Assembly: GCA_964247055.1 (NCBI GenBank)
Contig: OZ176051.1
Location: 62,001 to 126,000, forward strand
DNA from: Paragordius varius
Lineage: Eukaryota; Animalia; Nematomorpha
DNA length: 64,000 nt
Direction of reading: 5' to 3'
Shown: positions 41,581 through 54,849 of the stretch, one piece after another
Numbering within the stretch: position 1 is the stretch's first letter
Layout: every line of letters starts with the position of its first letter
Notes under the pieces: generated by a model
Told to the model about the DNA's origin: nothing
The model's database searches: none
The model's input: the letters and a program-made list of their open reading frames with translations, nothing else
Translations under genes and position numbers: made by a program

Positions 41581-43112
41581 AAATTTGATCAGGTGATGTC
41601 ACCATAATTTTTTTGGGTAGCTCTATGGTAGTTCCATCATCACCCCAAATATTTTCGAGATCGGAGTATAAATTTAATTTTTATGAATTTTTTAAATATT
41701 TTAAAAATTTATTTTATACGATTTTAAAAATAAAAATGGCTACCTAAAATCCAAATTTGATCAGGTGATGTCGCCATAATTTTTTTTGGGTAGCCCTATG
41801 GTAGTTCCATCATCACCCCAAATATTTTCGAGATCGGAGTATAAATGTAATTTTTATGAATTTTTTAAATATTTAAAAAATTTATTTTATACGATTTTAA
41901 AAATAAAAATGGCTACCTAAAATCCAAATTTGATCAGGTGATGTCACCATAATTTCTTTTGGGTAGCCCTATGGTAGTTCCATCATCACCCCAAATATTG
42001 TCGAGATCGGAGTATAAATGTAATTTTTTTAAAATTTATTTTATACGATTTTAAAAATAAAAATGGCTACCTAAAATCCAAATTTGATCATGTGATGTCA
42101 CCATAATTTTTTTTGGGTAGCCCTATGGTAGTTCCATCATCACCCCAAATATTTTCGAGATCGGAGTATAAATGTAATTTTTATGAATTTTTTAAATATA
42201 TAAAAAATTTATTTTATACGATTTTAAAAATAAAAATGGCTACCTAAAATCCAAATTTGATCAGGTGATGTCACCATAATTTTTTTTGGGTAGCCCTATG
42301 GTAGTTCCATCATCACCCCAAATATTTTCGAGATCGGAGTATAAATGTAATTTTTTTGAATTTTTTAAATATTTAAAAAATTTATTTTATACGATTTTAA
42401 AAATAAAAATGGCTACCTAAAATCCAAATTTGATCAGGTGATGTCGCCATAATTTTTTTTGCGTAGCCCTATGGTAGTTTCATCATCACCCCAAATATTT
42501 TGGGGATCGGACTATAAATGTAATTTTTGTGAATTTTTTAAATATTTAAAAAATTTATTTTATACGATTTTAAAAATAAAAATGGCTACCTAAAATCCAA
42601 ATTTGATCAGGTGATGTCACCATAATTTTTTTTGGGTAGCCCTATGGTAGTTCCATCATCACCCCAAATATTTTCGAGATCGGAGTATAAATGTAATTTT
42701 TATGAATTTTTTAAATATTTAAAAAATTTATTTTATACGATTTTAAAAATAAAAATGGCTACCTAAAATCCAAATTTGATCAGGTGATGTCACCATAATT
42801 TTTTTTGGGTAGCCCTATGGTAGTTCCATCATCACCCCAAATATTTTCGAGATCGGAGTATAAATGTAATTTTTATGAATTTTTTAAATATTTAAAAAAT
42901 TTATTTTATACGATTTTAAAAATAAAAATGGCTACCTAAAATCCAAATTTGATCAGGTGATGACGCCATAATTTTTTTTGGGTAGCCCTATGGTAGTTCC
43001 ATCACCCCAAATATTTTCGAGCGGAGTATAAATGTAATTTTTATGAATTTTTTAAATATTTAAAAAATTTATTTTATACGATTTTAAAAATAAAAATGGC
43101 TACCTAAAATCC

Positions 43113-46100
43113 AAATTTGATCAGGTGATGTCACCATAATTTTTTTTGGGTAGCCCTATGGTAGTTCCATCATCACCCCAAATATTTTGGGGATCGGACT
43201 ATAAATGTAATTTTTATGAATTTTTTAAATATTTAAAAAATTTATTTTATACGATTTTAAAAATAAAAATGGCTACCTAAAATCCAAATTTGATCGGGTG
43301 ATGTCGCCATAATTTTTTTTGCGTAGCCCTATGGTAGTTTCATCATCACCCCAAATATTTTGGGGATCGGACTATAAATGTAATTTTTATGAATTTTTTA
43401 AATATTTAAATTAATTTTATACGATTTTAAAAATAAAAATGGCTACCTAAAATCCAAATTTGATCAGGTGATGTCACCATATTTTTTTTTGGGTAGCCCT
43501 ATGGTAGTTCCATCATCACCCCAAATATTGTCGAGATCGGAGTATAAATGTAATTTTTATGAATTTTTTAAATATTTAAAAAATTTATTTTATACGATTT
43601 TAAAAATAAAAATGGCTACCTAAAATCCAAATTTGATCAGGTGATGTCACCATAATTTCTTTTGGGTAGCCCTATGGTAGTTCCATCATCACCCCAAATA
43701 TTGTCGAGATCGGAGTATAAATGTAATTTTTTTAAAATTTATTTTATACGATTTTAAAAATAAAAATGGCTACCTAAAATCCAAATTTGATCATGTGATG
43801 TCACCATAATTTTTTTTGGGTAGCCCTATGGTAGTTCCATCATCACCCCAAATATTTTCGAGATCGGAGTATAAATGTAATTTTTATGAATTTTTTAAAT
43901 ATATAAAAAATTTATTTTATACGATTTTAAAAATAAAAATGGCTACCTAAAATCCAAATTTGATCAGGTGATGTCACCATAATTTTTTTTGGGTAGCCCT
44001 ATGGTAGTTCCATCATCACCCCAAATATTTTCGAGATCGGAGTATAAATGTAATTTTTATGAATTTTTTAAATATTTAAAAAATTTATTTTATACGATTT
44101 TAAAAATAAAAATGGCTACCTAAAATCCAAATTTGATCAGGTGATGTCACCATATTTTTTTTTGGGTAGCCCTATGGTAGTTCCATCATCACCCCAAATA
44201 TTTTGGGGATCGGACTATAAATGTAATTTTTATGAATTTTTTAAATATTTAAAAAATTTATTTTATACGATTTTAAAAATAAAAATGGCTACCTAAAATC
44301 CAAATTTGATCAGGTGATGTCACCATAATTTCTTTTGGGTAGCCCTATGGTAGTTCCATCATCACCCCAAATATTGTCGAGATCGGAGTATAAATGTAAT
44401 TTTTTTAAAATTTATTTTATACGATTTTAAAAATAAAAATGGCTACCTAAAATCCAAATTTGATCATGTGATGTCACCATAATTTTTTTTGGGTAGTCCT
44501 ATGGTAGTTCCATCATCACCCCAAATATTTTCGAGATCGGATAAATGTAATTTTTATGAATTTTTTAAATATTTAAAAAATTTATTTTATACGATTTTAA
44601 AAATAAAAATGGCTACCTAAAATCCAAATCTGATCAGGTGATGTCACCATAATTTTTTTGGGTAGCCCTATGGTAGTTCCATCATCACCCCAAATATTGT
44701 CGAGATCGGAGTATAAATGTAATTTTTTTGAATTTTTTAAATATTTAAAAAATTTATTTTATACGATTTTAAAAATAAAAATGGCTACCTAAAATCCAAA
44801 TTTGATCAGGTGATGTCACCATATTTTTTTTGGGTAGCCCTATGGTAGTTCCATCATCACCCCAAATATTTTGGGGATCGGACTATAAATGTAATTTTTA
44901 TGAATTTTTTAAATATTTAAAAAATTTATTTTATACGATTTTAAAAATAAAAATGGCTACCTAAAATCCAAATTTGATCAGGTGATGTCACTATAATTTT
45001 TTTGGGTAGCCCTATGGTAGTTCCATCATCACCCCAAATATTGTCGAGATCGGAGTATAAATGTAATTTTTTTGAATTTTTTAAATATTTAAAAAATTTA
45101 TTTTATACGATTTTAAAAATAAAAATGGCTACCTAAAATCCAAATTTGATCAGGTGATGTCGCCATAATTTTTTTTGCGTAGCCCTATGGTAGTTTCATC
45201 ATCACCCCAAATATTTTGGGGATCGGACTATAAATGTAATTTTTGTGAATTTTTTAAATATTTAAAAAATTTATTTTATACGATTTTAAAAATAAAAATG
45301 GCTACCTAAAATCCAAATTTGATCAGGTGATGTCGCCATAATTTTTTTTGCGTAGCCCTATGGTAGTTTCATCATCACCCCAAATATTTTGGGGATCGGA
45401 CTATAAATGTAATTTTTGTGAATTTTTTAAATATTTAAAAAATTTATTTTATACGATTTTAAAAATAAAAATGGCTACCTAAAATCCAAATTTGATCAGG
45501 TGATGTCACCATAATTTTTTTTGGGTAGCCCTATGGTAGTTCCATCATCACCCCAAATATTTTCGAGATCGGAGTATAAATGTAATTTTTATGAATTTTT
45601 TAAATATTTAAAAAATTTATTTTATACGATTTTAAAAATAAAAATGGCTACCTAAAATCCAAATTTGATCAGGTGATGTCACCATAATTTTTTTTGGGTA
45701 GCCCTATGGTAGTTCCATCATCACCCCAAATATTTTCGAGATCGGAGTATAAATGTAATTTTTATGAATTTTTTAAATATTTAAAAAATTTATTTTATAC
45801 GATTTTAAAAATAAAAATGGCTACCTAAAATCCAAATTTGATCAGGTGATGTCACCATAATTTTTTTTGGGTAGCCCTATGGTAGTTCCATCATCACCCC
45901 AAATATTTTGGGGATCGGACTATAAATGTAATTTTTATGAATTTTTTAAATATTTAAAAAATTTATTTTATACGATTTTAAAAATAAAAATGGCTACCTA
46001 AAATCCAAATTTGATCGGGTGATGTCGCCATAATTTTTTTTGCGTAGCCCTATGGTAGTTTCATCATCACCCCAAATATTTTGGGGATCGGACTATAAAT

Positions 46101-48380
46101 GTAATTTTTATGAATTTTTTAAATATTTAAATTAATTTTATACGATTTTAAAAATAAAAATGGCTACCTAAAATCCAAATTTGATCAGGTGATGTCACCA
46201 TATTTTTTTTTGGGTAGCCCTATGGTAGTTCCATCATCACCCCAAATATTGTCGAGATCGGAGTATAAATGTAATTTTTATGAATTTTTTAAATATTTAA
46301 AAAATTTATTTTATACGATTTTAAAAATAAAAATGGCTACCTAAAATCCAAATTTGATCAGGTGATGTCACCATAATTTCTTTTGGGTAGCCCTATGGTA
46401 GTTCCATCATCACCCCAAATATTGTCGAGATCGGAGTATAAATGTAATTTTTTTAAAATTTATTTTATACGATTTTAAAAATAAAAATGGCTACCTAAAA
46501 TCCAAATTTGATCATGTGATGTCACCATAATTTTTTTTGGGTAGCCCTATGGTAGTTCCATCATCACCCCAAATATTTTCGAGATCGGAGTATAAATGTA
46601 ATTTTTATGAATTTTTTAAATATATAAAAAATTTATTTTATACGATTTTAAAAATAAAAATGGCTACCTAAAATCCAAATTTGATCAGGTGATGTCACCA
46701 TAATTTTTTTTGGGTAGCCCTATGGTAGTTCCATCATCACCCCAAATATTTTCGAGATCGGAGTATAAATGTAATTTTTATGAATTTTTTAAATATTTAA
46801 AAAATTTATTTTATACGATTTTAAAAATAAAAATGGCTACCTAAAATCCAAATTTGATCAGGTGATGTCACCATATTTTTTTTTGGGTAGCCCTATGGTA
46901 GTTCCATCATCACCCCAAATATTTTGGGGATCGGACTATAAATGTAATTTTTATGAATTTTTTAAATATTTAAAAAATTTATTTTATACGATTTTAAAAA
47001 TAAAAATGGCTACCTAAAATCCAAATTTGATCAGGTGATGTCACCATAATTTCTTTTGGGTAGCCCTATGGTAGTTCCATCATCACCCCAAATATTGTCG
47101 AGATCGGAGTATAAATGTAATTTTTTTAAAATTTATTTTATACGATTTTAAAAATAAAAATGGCTACCTAAAATCCAAATTTGATCATGTGATGTCACCA
47201 TAATTTTTTTTGGGTAGTCCTATGGTAGTTCCATCATCACCCCAAATATTTTCGAGATCGGATAAATGTAATTTTTATGAATTTTTTAAATATTTAAAAA
47301 ATTTATTTTATACGATTTTAAAAATAAAAATGGCTACCTAAAATCCAAATCTGATCAGGTGATGTCACCATAATTTTTTTGGGTAGCCCTATGGTAGTTC
47401 CATCATCACCCCAAATATTGTCGAGATCGGAGTATAAATGTAATTTTTTTGAATTTTTTAAATATTTAAAAAATTTATTTTATACGATTTTAAAAATAAA
47501 AATGGCTACCTAAAATCCAAATTTGATCAGGTGATGTCACCATATTTTTTTTGGGTAGCCCTATGGTAGTTCCATCATCACCCCAAATATTTTGGGGATC
47601 GGACTATAAATGTAATTTTTATGAATTTTTTAAATATTTAAAAAATTTATTTTATACGATTTTAAAAATAAAAATGGCTACCTAAAATCCAAATTTGATC
47701 AGGTGATGTCACTATAATTTTTTTGGGTAGCCCTATGGTAGTTCCATCATCACCCCAAATATTGTCGAGATCGGAGTATAAATGTAATTTTTTTGAATTT
47801 TTTAAATATTTAAAAAATTTATTTTATACGATTTTAAAAATAAAAATGGCTACCTAAAATCCAAATTTGATCAGGTGATGTTGCCATAATTTTTTTTGCG
47901 TAGCCCTATGGTAGTTTCATCATCACCCCAAATATTTTGGGGATCGGACTATAAATGTAATTTTTGTGAATTTTTTAAATATTTAAAAAATTTATTTTAT
48001 ACGATTTTAAAAATAAAAATGGCTACCTAAAATCCAAATTTGATCAGGTGATGTCACCATAATTTTTTTTGGGTAGCCCTATGGTAGTTCCATCATCACC
48101 CCAAATATTTTCGAGATCGGAGTATAAATGTAATTTTTATGAATTTTTTAAATATTTAAAAAATTTATTTTATACGATTTTAAAAATAAAAATGGCTACC
48201 TAAAATCCAAATTTGATCAGGTGATGTCACCATAATTTTTTTTGGGTAGCCCTATGGTAGTTCCATCATCACCCCAAATATTTTCGAGATCGGAGTATAA
48301 ATGTAATTTTTATGAATTTTTAAATATTTAAAAAATTTATTTTATACGATTTTAAAAATAAAAAGGGCTACCTAAAATCC
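43113..48380 (+). repeat. Tandem duplication of a 16-mer (2721-bp offset); second copy has 15 monomers
   Basis: TGATCGGGTG at 43291 and 46012, followed by the same order of variant monomers, including two 19-bp-deletion monomers and AAATCTG. Confidence 0.92.
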
Positions 48381-50447
48381 AAATTTGATCAGGTGATGTC
48401 ACCATAATTTTTTTGGGTAGCCCTATGGTAGTTCCATCATCACCCCAAATATTTTGGGGATCGGACTATAAATGTAATTTTTATGAATTTTTTAAATATT
48501 TAAAAAATTTATTTTATACGATTTTAAAAATAAAAATGGCTACCTAAAATCCAAATTTAATCAGGTGATGTCACCATAATTTTTTTTGGGTAGCCCTATG
48601 GTAGTTCCATCATCACCCCAAATATTTTGGGGATCGGACTATAAATGTAATTTTTATGAATTTTTTAAATATTTAAAAAATTTATTTTATACGATTTTAA
48701 AAATAAAAATGGCTACCTAAAATCCAAATTTGATCAGGTGATGTCACCATAATTTTTTTTGGGTAGCCCTATGGTAGTTCCATCATCACCATAAATATTT
48801 TTGAGATCGGAGTATAAATGTAATTTTTATGAATTTTTTAAATATTTAAAAAATTTATTTTATACGATTTTAAAAATAAAAATGGCTACCTAAAATCCAA
48901 ATTTGATCAGGTGATGTCACCATAATTTTTTTTGGGTAGCCCTATGGTAGTTCCATCATCACCCCAAATATTTTGGGGATCGGACTATAAATGTAATTTT
49001 TATGAATTTTTTAAATATTTAAAAAATTTATTTTATACGATTTTAAAAATAAAAATGGCTACCTAAAATCCAAATTTGATCAGGTGATGTCACCATAATT
49101 TTTTTTGGGTAGCCCTATGGTAGTTCCATCATCACCATAAATATTTTTGAGATCGGAGTATAAATGTAATTTTTATGAATTTTTTAAATATTCAAAAAAT
49201 TTATTTTATACGATTTTAAAAATAAAAATGGCTACCTAAAATCCAAATTTGATGAGGTGATGTCACCATATTTTTTTTTGGGTAGCCCTATGGTAGTTCC
49301 ATCATCCCAAATATTTTGGGGATCGGAGTATAAATGTAATTTTTATGAATTTTTTAAATATTCACAAAATTTATTTTATACGATTTTAAAAATAAAAATG
49401 GCTACCTAAAATCCAAATTTGATCAGGTGATGTCACCATATTTTTTTTGGGTAGCCCTATGGTAGTTCCATCATCACCCCAAATATTTTGGGGATCGGAC
49501 TATAAATGTAATTTTTATAAATTTTTAAATATTTAAAAAATTTATTTTATACGATTTTAAAATTAAAAATGGCTACCTAAAATCCAAATTTGATCAGGTG
49601 ATGTCACCATAATTTTTTTTGGGTAGCCCTATGGTAGTTCCATCATCACCCCAAATATTTTGGGGATCGGACTATATATGTAATTTTTATGAATTTTTTA
49701 AATATTTAAAAAATTTATTTTATACGATTTTAAAAATAAAAATGGCTACCTAAAATCCAAATTTGATCAGGTGATGTCACCATAATTTTTTTTGGGTAGC
49801 CCTATGGTAGTTCCATCATCACCATAAATATTTTCGAGATCGGAGTATAAATGTAATTTTTATGAATTTTTTAAATATTTAAAAAATTTATTTTATACGA
49901 TTTTAAAAATAAAAATGGCTACCTAAAATCCAAATCTGATCAGGTGATGTCACCATAATTTTTTTTGGGTAGCCCTATGGTAGTTCCATCATCACCCCAA
50001 ATATTTTGGGGATCGGACTATAAATGTAATTTTTATGAATTTTTTAAATATTTAAAAAATTTATTTTATACAATTTTAAAAATAAAAATGGCTACCTAAA
50101 ATCCAAATTTGATCAGGTGATGTCACTATAATTTTTTTTGGGTAGCCCTATGGTAGTTCCATCATCACCCCAAATATTTTCGAGATCTGAGTATAAATGT
50201 AATTTTTATGAATTTTTTAAATATTTAAAAAATTTATTTTATACGATTTTAAAAATAAAAATGGCTACCTAAAATCCAAATTTGATCAGGTGATGTCACT
50301 ATAATTTTTTTTGGGTAGCCCTATGGTAGTTCCATCATCACCCCAAATATTTTCGAGATCGGATAAATGTAATTTTTATGAATTTTTTAAATATTTAAAA
50401 AATTTATTTTATACGATTTTAAAAATAAAAATGGCTACCTAAAATCC
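48209..50447 (+). repeat. Distant copy of the 33.2-35.2-kb block (~15 kb offset)
   Basis: AGGGCTAC at 33321/48364, TTTAATCAGG near 33856/48556, GATGAG at 34205/49251. Confidence 0.88.
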
Positions 50448-52624
50448 AAATCTGATCAGGTGATGTCACGATAATTTTTTTGGGTAGCCCTATGGTAGTT
50501 CCATCATCACCCCAAATATTGTCGAGATCGGAGTATAAATGTAATTTTTTTGAATTTTTTAAATATTTAAAAAATTTATTTTATACGATTTTAAAAATAA
50601 AAATGGCTACCTAAAATCCAAATTTGATCAGGTGATGTCGCCATAATTTTTTTTGCGTAGCCCTATGGTAGTTTCATCATCACCCCAAATATTTTGGGGA
50701 TCGGACTAAAAATGTAATTTTTATGAATTTTTTAAATATTTAAAAAATTTATTTTATACGATTTTAAAAATAAAAATGGCTACCTAAAATCCAAATTTGA
50801 TCAGGTGATGTCACCATAATTTTTTTTGGGTAGCCCTATGGTAGTTCCATCATCACGCCAAATATTTAGAGATCGGGCTATAAATGTAAACTTTTTTAAA
50901 TATTTAAAAAATTTATTTTATACGATTTTAAAAATAAAAATGGCTACCTAAAATCCAAATTTGATCAGGTGATGTCACCATAATTTTTTTGGGTAGCCCT
51001 ATGGTAGTTCCATCATCACCCCAAATATTTTCGAGATCGGAGTATAAATTTAATTTTTATGAATTTTTTAAATATTTAAAAAATTTATTTTATACGATTT
51101 TAAAAATAAAAATGGCTACCTAAAATCCAAATTTGATCAGGTGATGTCGCCATAATTTTTTTTGGGTAGCCCTATGGTAGTTCCATCATCACCCCAAATA
51201 TTTTCGAGATCGGAGTATAAATGTAATTTTTATGAATTTTTTAAATATATAAAAAATTAATTTTATACGATTTTAAAAATAAAAATGGCTACCTAAAATC
51301 CAAATTTGATCAGGTGATGTCACCATAATTTTTTTTGGGTAGCCCTATGGTAGTTCCATCATCACCCCAAATATTTTCGAGATCGGAGTATAAATGTAAT
51401 TTTTTTAAAATTTATTTTATACGATTTTAAAAATAAAAATGGCTACCTAAAATCCAAATTTGATCAGGTGATGTCACCATAATTTTTTTTGGGTAGCCCT
51501 ATGGTAGTTCCATCATCACCCCAAATATTTTCGAGATCGGAGTATAAATGTAATTTTTTTAAAATTTATTTTATACGATTTTAAAAATAAAAATGGCTAC
51601 CTAAAATCCAAATTTGATCAGGTGATGTCACCATATTTTTTTTTGGGTAGCCCTATGGTAGTTCCATCATCACCCCAAATATTTTGGGGATCGGACTATA
51701 AATGTAATTTTTATGAATTTTTTAAATATTTAAAAAATTTATTTTATACGATTTTAAAAATAAAAATGGCTACCTAAAATCCAAATTTGATCAGGTGATG
51801 TCACCATAATTTTTTTTGGGTAGCCCTATGGTAGTTCCATCATCACCCCAAATATTTTCGAGATCGGAGTATAAATGTAATTTTTTTAAAATTTATTTTA
51901 TACGATTTTAAAAATAAAAATGGCTACCTAAAATCCAAATTTGATCAGGTGATGTCACCATATTTTTTTTTGGGTAGCCCTATGGTAGTTCCATCATCAC
52001 CCCAAATATTTTCGAGATCGGATAAATGTAATTTTTATGAATTTTTTAAATATTTAAAAAATTTATTTTATACGATTTTAAAAATAAAAATGGCTACCTA
52101 AAATCCAAATCTGATCAGGTGATGTCACCATAATTTTTTTGGGTAGCCCTATGGTAGTTCCATCATCACCCCAAATATTGTCGAGATCGGAGTATAAATG
52201 TAATTTTTTTGAATTTTTTAAATATTTAAAAAATTTATTTTATACGATTTTAAAAATAAAAATGGCTACCTAAAATCCAAATTTGATCAGGTAATGTCGC
52301 CATAATTTTTTTTGCGTAGCCCTATGGTAGTTTCATCATCACCCAAAATATTTTGGGGATCGGACTATAAATGTAATTTTTATGAATTTTTTAAATATTT
52401 AAAAAATTTATTTTATACGATTTTAAAAATAAAAATGGCTACCTAAAATCCAAATTTGATCAGGTGATGTCACCATAATTTTTTTTGGGTAGCCCTATGG
52501 TAGTTCCATCATCACCCCAAATATTTTCGAGATCGGAGTATAAATGTAATTTTTATGAATTTTTTAAATATTTAAAAAATTTATTTTATACGATTTTAAA
52601 AATAAAAATGGCTACCTAAAATCC

Positions 52625-54849
52625 AAATTTGATCAGGTGATGTCACCATATTTATTTTTGGGTAGCCCTATGGTAGTTCCATCATCACCTCAAATATTTT
52701 GGGGATCGGACTATAAATGTAATTTTTTTGAATTTTTGAAATATTTAAAAAATTTATTTTATACGATTTTAAAAATAAAAATGGCTACCTAAAATCCAAA
52801 TTTGATCAGGTGATGTCGCCATAATTTTTTTTTGGTAGCCCTATGGTAGTTCCATCATAACCCCAAATATTTTTGAGATCGGACTTTAAATGTAATTTTT
52901 ATGAATTTTTTAAATATTTAAAAAATTTATTTTATAAGATTTTAAAAATAAAAATGGCTACCTAAAATCCAAATTTGATCAGGTGATGTCACCATAATTT
53001 TTTTGGGTAGCCCTATGGTAGTTCCATCATCACCCCAAATATTTTCGAGATCGGAGTATAAATTTAATTTTTATGAATTTTTTAAATATTTAAAAAATTT
53101 ATTTTATACGATTTTAAAAATAAAAATGGCTACCTAAAATCCAAATTTGATCAGGTGATGTCGCCATAATTTTTTTTGGGTAGCCCTATGGTAGTTCCAT
53201 CATCACCCCAAATATTTTCGAGATCGGAGTATAAATGTAATTTTTATGAATTTTTTAAATATTTAAAAAATTTATTTTATACGATTTTAAAAATAAAAAT
53301 GGCTACCTAAAATCCAAATTTGATCAGGTGATGTCACCATAATTTCTTTTGGGTAGCCCTATGGTAGTTCCATCATCACCCCAAATATTGTCGAGATCGG
53401 AGTATAAATGTAATTTTTTTAAAATTTATTTTATACGATTTTAAAAATAAAAATGGCTACCTAAAATCCAAATTTGATCATGTGATGTCACCATAATTTT
53501 TTTTGGGTAGCCCTATGGTAGTTCCATCATCACCCCAAATATTTTCGAGATCGGAGTATAAATGTAATTTTTATGAATTTTTTAAATATATAAAAAATTT
53601 ATTTTATACGATTTTAAAAATAAAAATGGCTACCTAAAATCCAAATTTGATCAGGTGATGTCACCATAAGTTTTTTTGGGTAGCCCTATGGTAGTTCCAT
53701 CATCACCCCAAATATTTTCGAGATCGGAGTATAAATGTAATTTTTATGAATTTTTTAAATATTTAAAAAATTTATTTTATACGATTTTAAAAATAAAAAT
53801 GGCTACCTAAAATCCAAATTTGATCAGGTGATGTCACCATATTTTTTTTTGGGTAGCCCTATGGTAGTTCCATCATCACCCCAAATATTTTGGGGATCGG
53901 ACTATAAATGTAATTTTTATGAATTTTTTAAATATTTAAAAAATTTATTTTATACGATTTTAAAAATAAAAATGGCTACCTAAAATCCAAATTTGATCAG
54001 GTGATGTCACTATAATTTTTTTGGGTAGCCCTATGGTAGTTCCATCATCACCCCAAATATTGTCGAGATCGGAGTATAAATGTAATTTTTTTGAATTTTT
54101 TAAATATTTAAAAAATTTATTTTATACGATTTTAAAAATAAAGATGGCTACCTAAAATCCAAATTTGATCAGGTGATGTCGCCATAATTTTTTTTGCGTA
54201 GCCCTATGGTAGTTTCATCATCACCCCAAATATTTTGGGGATCGGACTATAAATGTAATTTTTGTGAATTTTTTAAATATTTAAAAAATTTATTTTATAC
54301 GATTTTAAAAATAAAAATGGCTACCTAAAATCCATATTTGATCAGGTGATGTCACCATAATTTTTTTTGGGTAGCCCTATGGTAGTTCCATCATCACCCC
54401 AAATATTTTCGAGATCGGAGTATAAATGTAATTTTTATGAATTTTTTAAATATTTAAAAAATTTATTTTATACGATTTTAAAAATAAAAATGGCTACCTA
54501 AAATCCAAATTTGATCAGGTGATGTCACCATAATTTTTTTTGGGTAGCCCTATGGTAGTTCCATCATCACCCCAAATATTTTCGAGATCGGAGTATAAAT
54601 GTAATTTTTATGAATTTTTTAAATATTTAAAAAATTTATTTTATACGATTTTAAAAATAAAAATGGCTACCTAAAATCCAAATTTGATCAGGTGATGACG
54701 CCATAATTTTTTTTGGGTAGCCCTATGGTAGTTCCATCATCCCCCAAATATTTTCGAGCGGAGTATAAATGTAATTTTTATGAATTTTTTAAATATTTAA
54801 AAAATTTATTTTATACGATTTTAAAAATAAAAATGGCTACCTAAAATCC
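52625..54849 (+). repeat. Second full 13-mer HOR unit (2225 bp)
   Basis: Order: ATATTTATTTTT+CACCTC / TTGGTAG+CATAACC / T7+AAATTTAA / GTCGCC / del19 / GATCATG / cons / ATATTT+GGGG / GTCACT+TTGTCG / GCGTAG+TTTGTG / cons / cons / GACGCC+GAGCGG. Confidence 0.88.
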
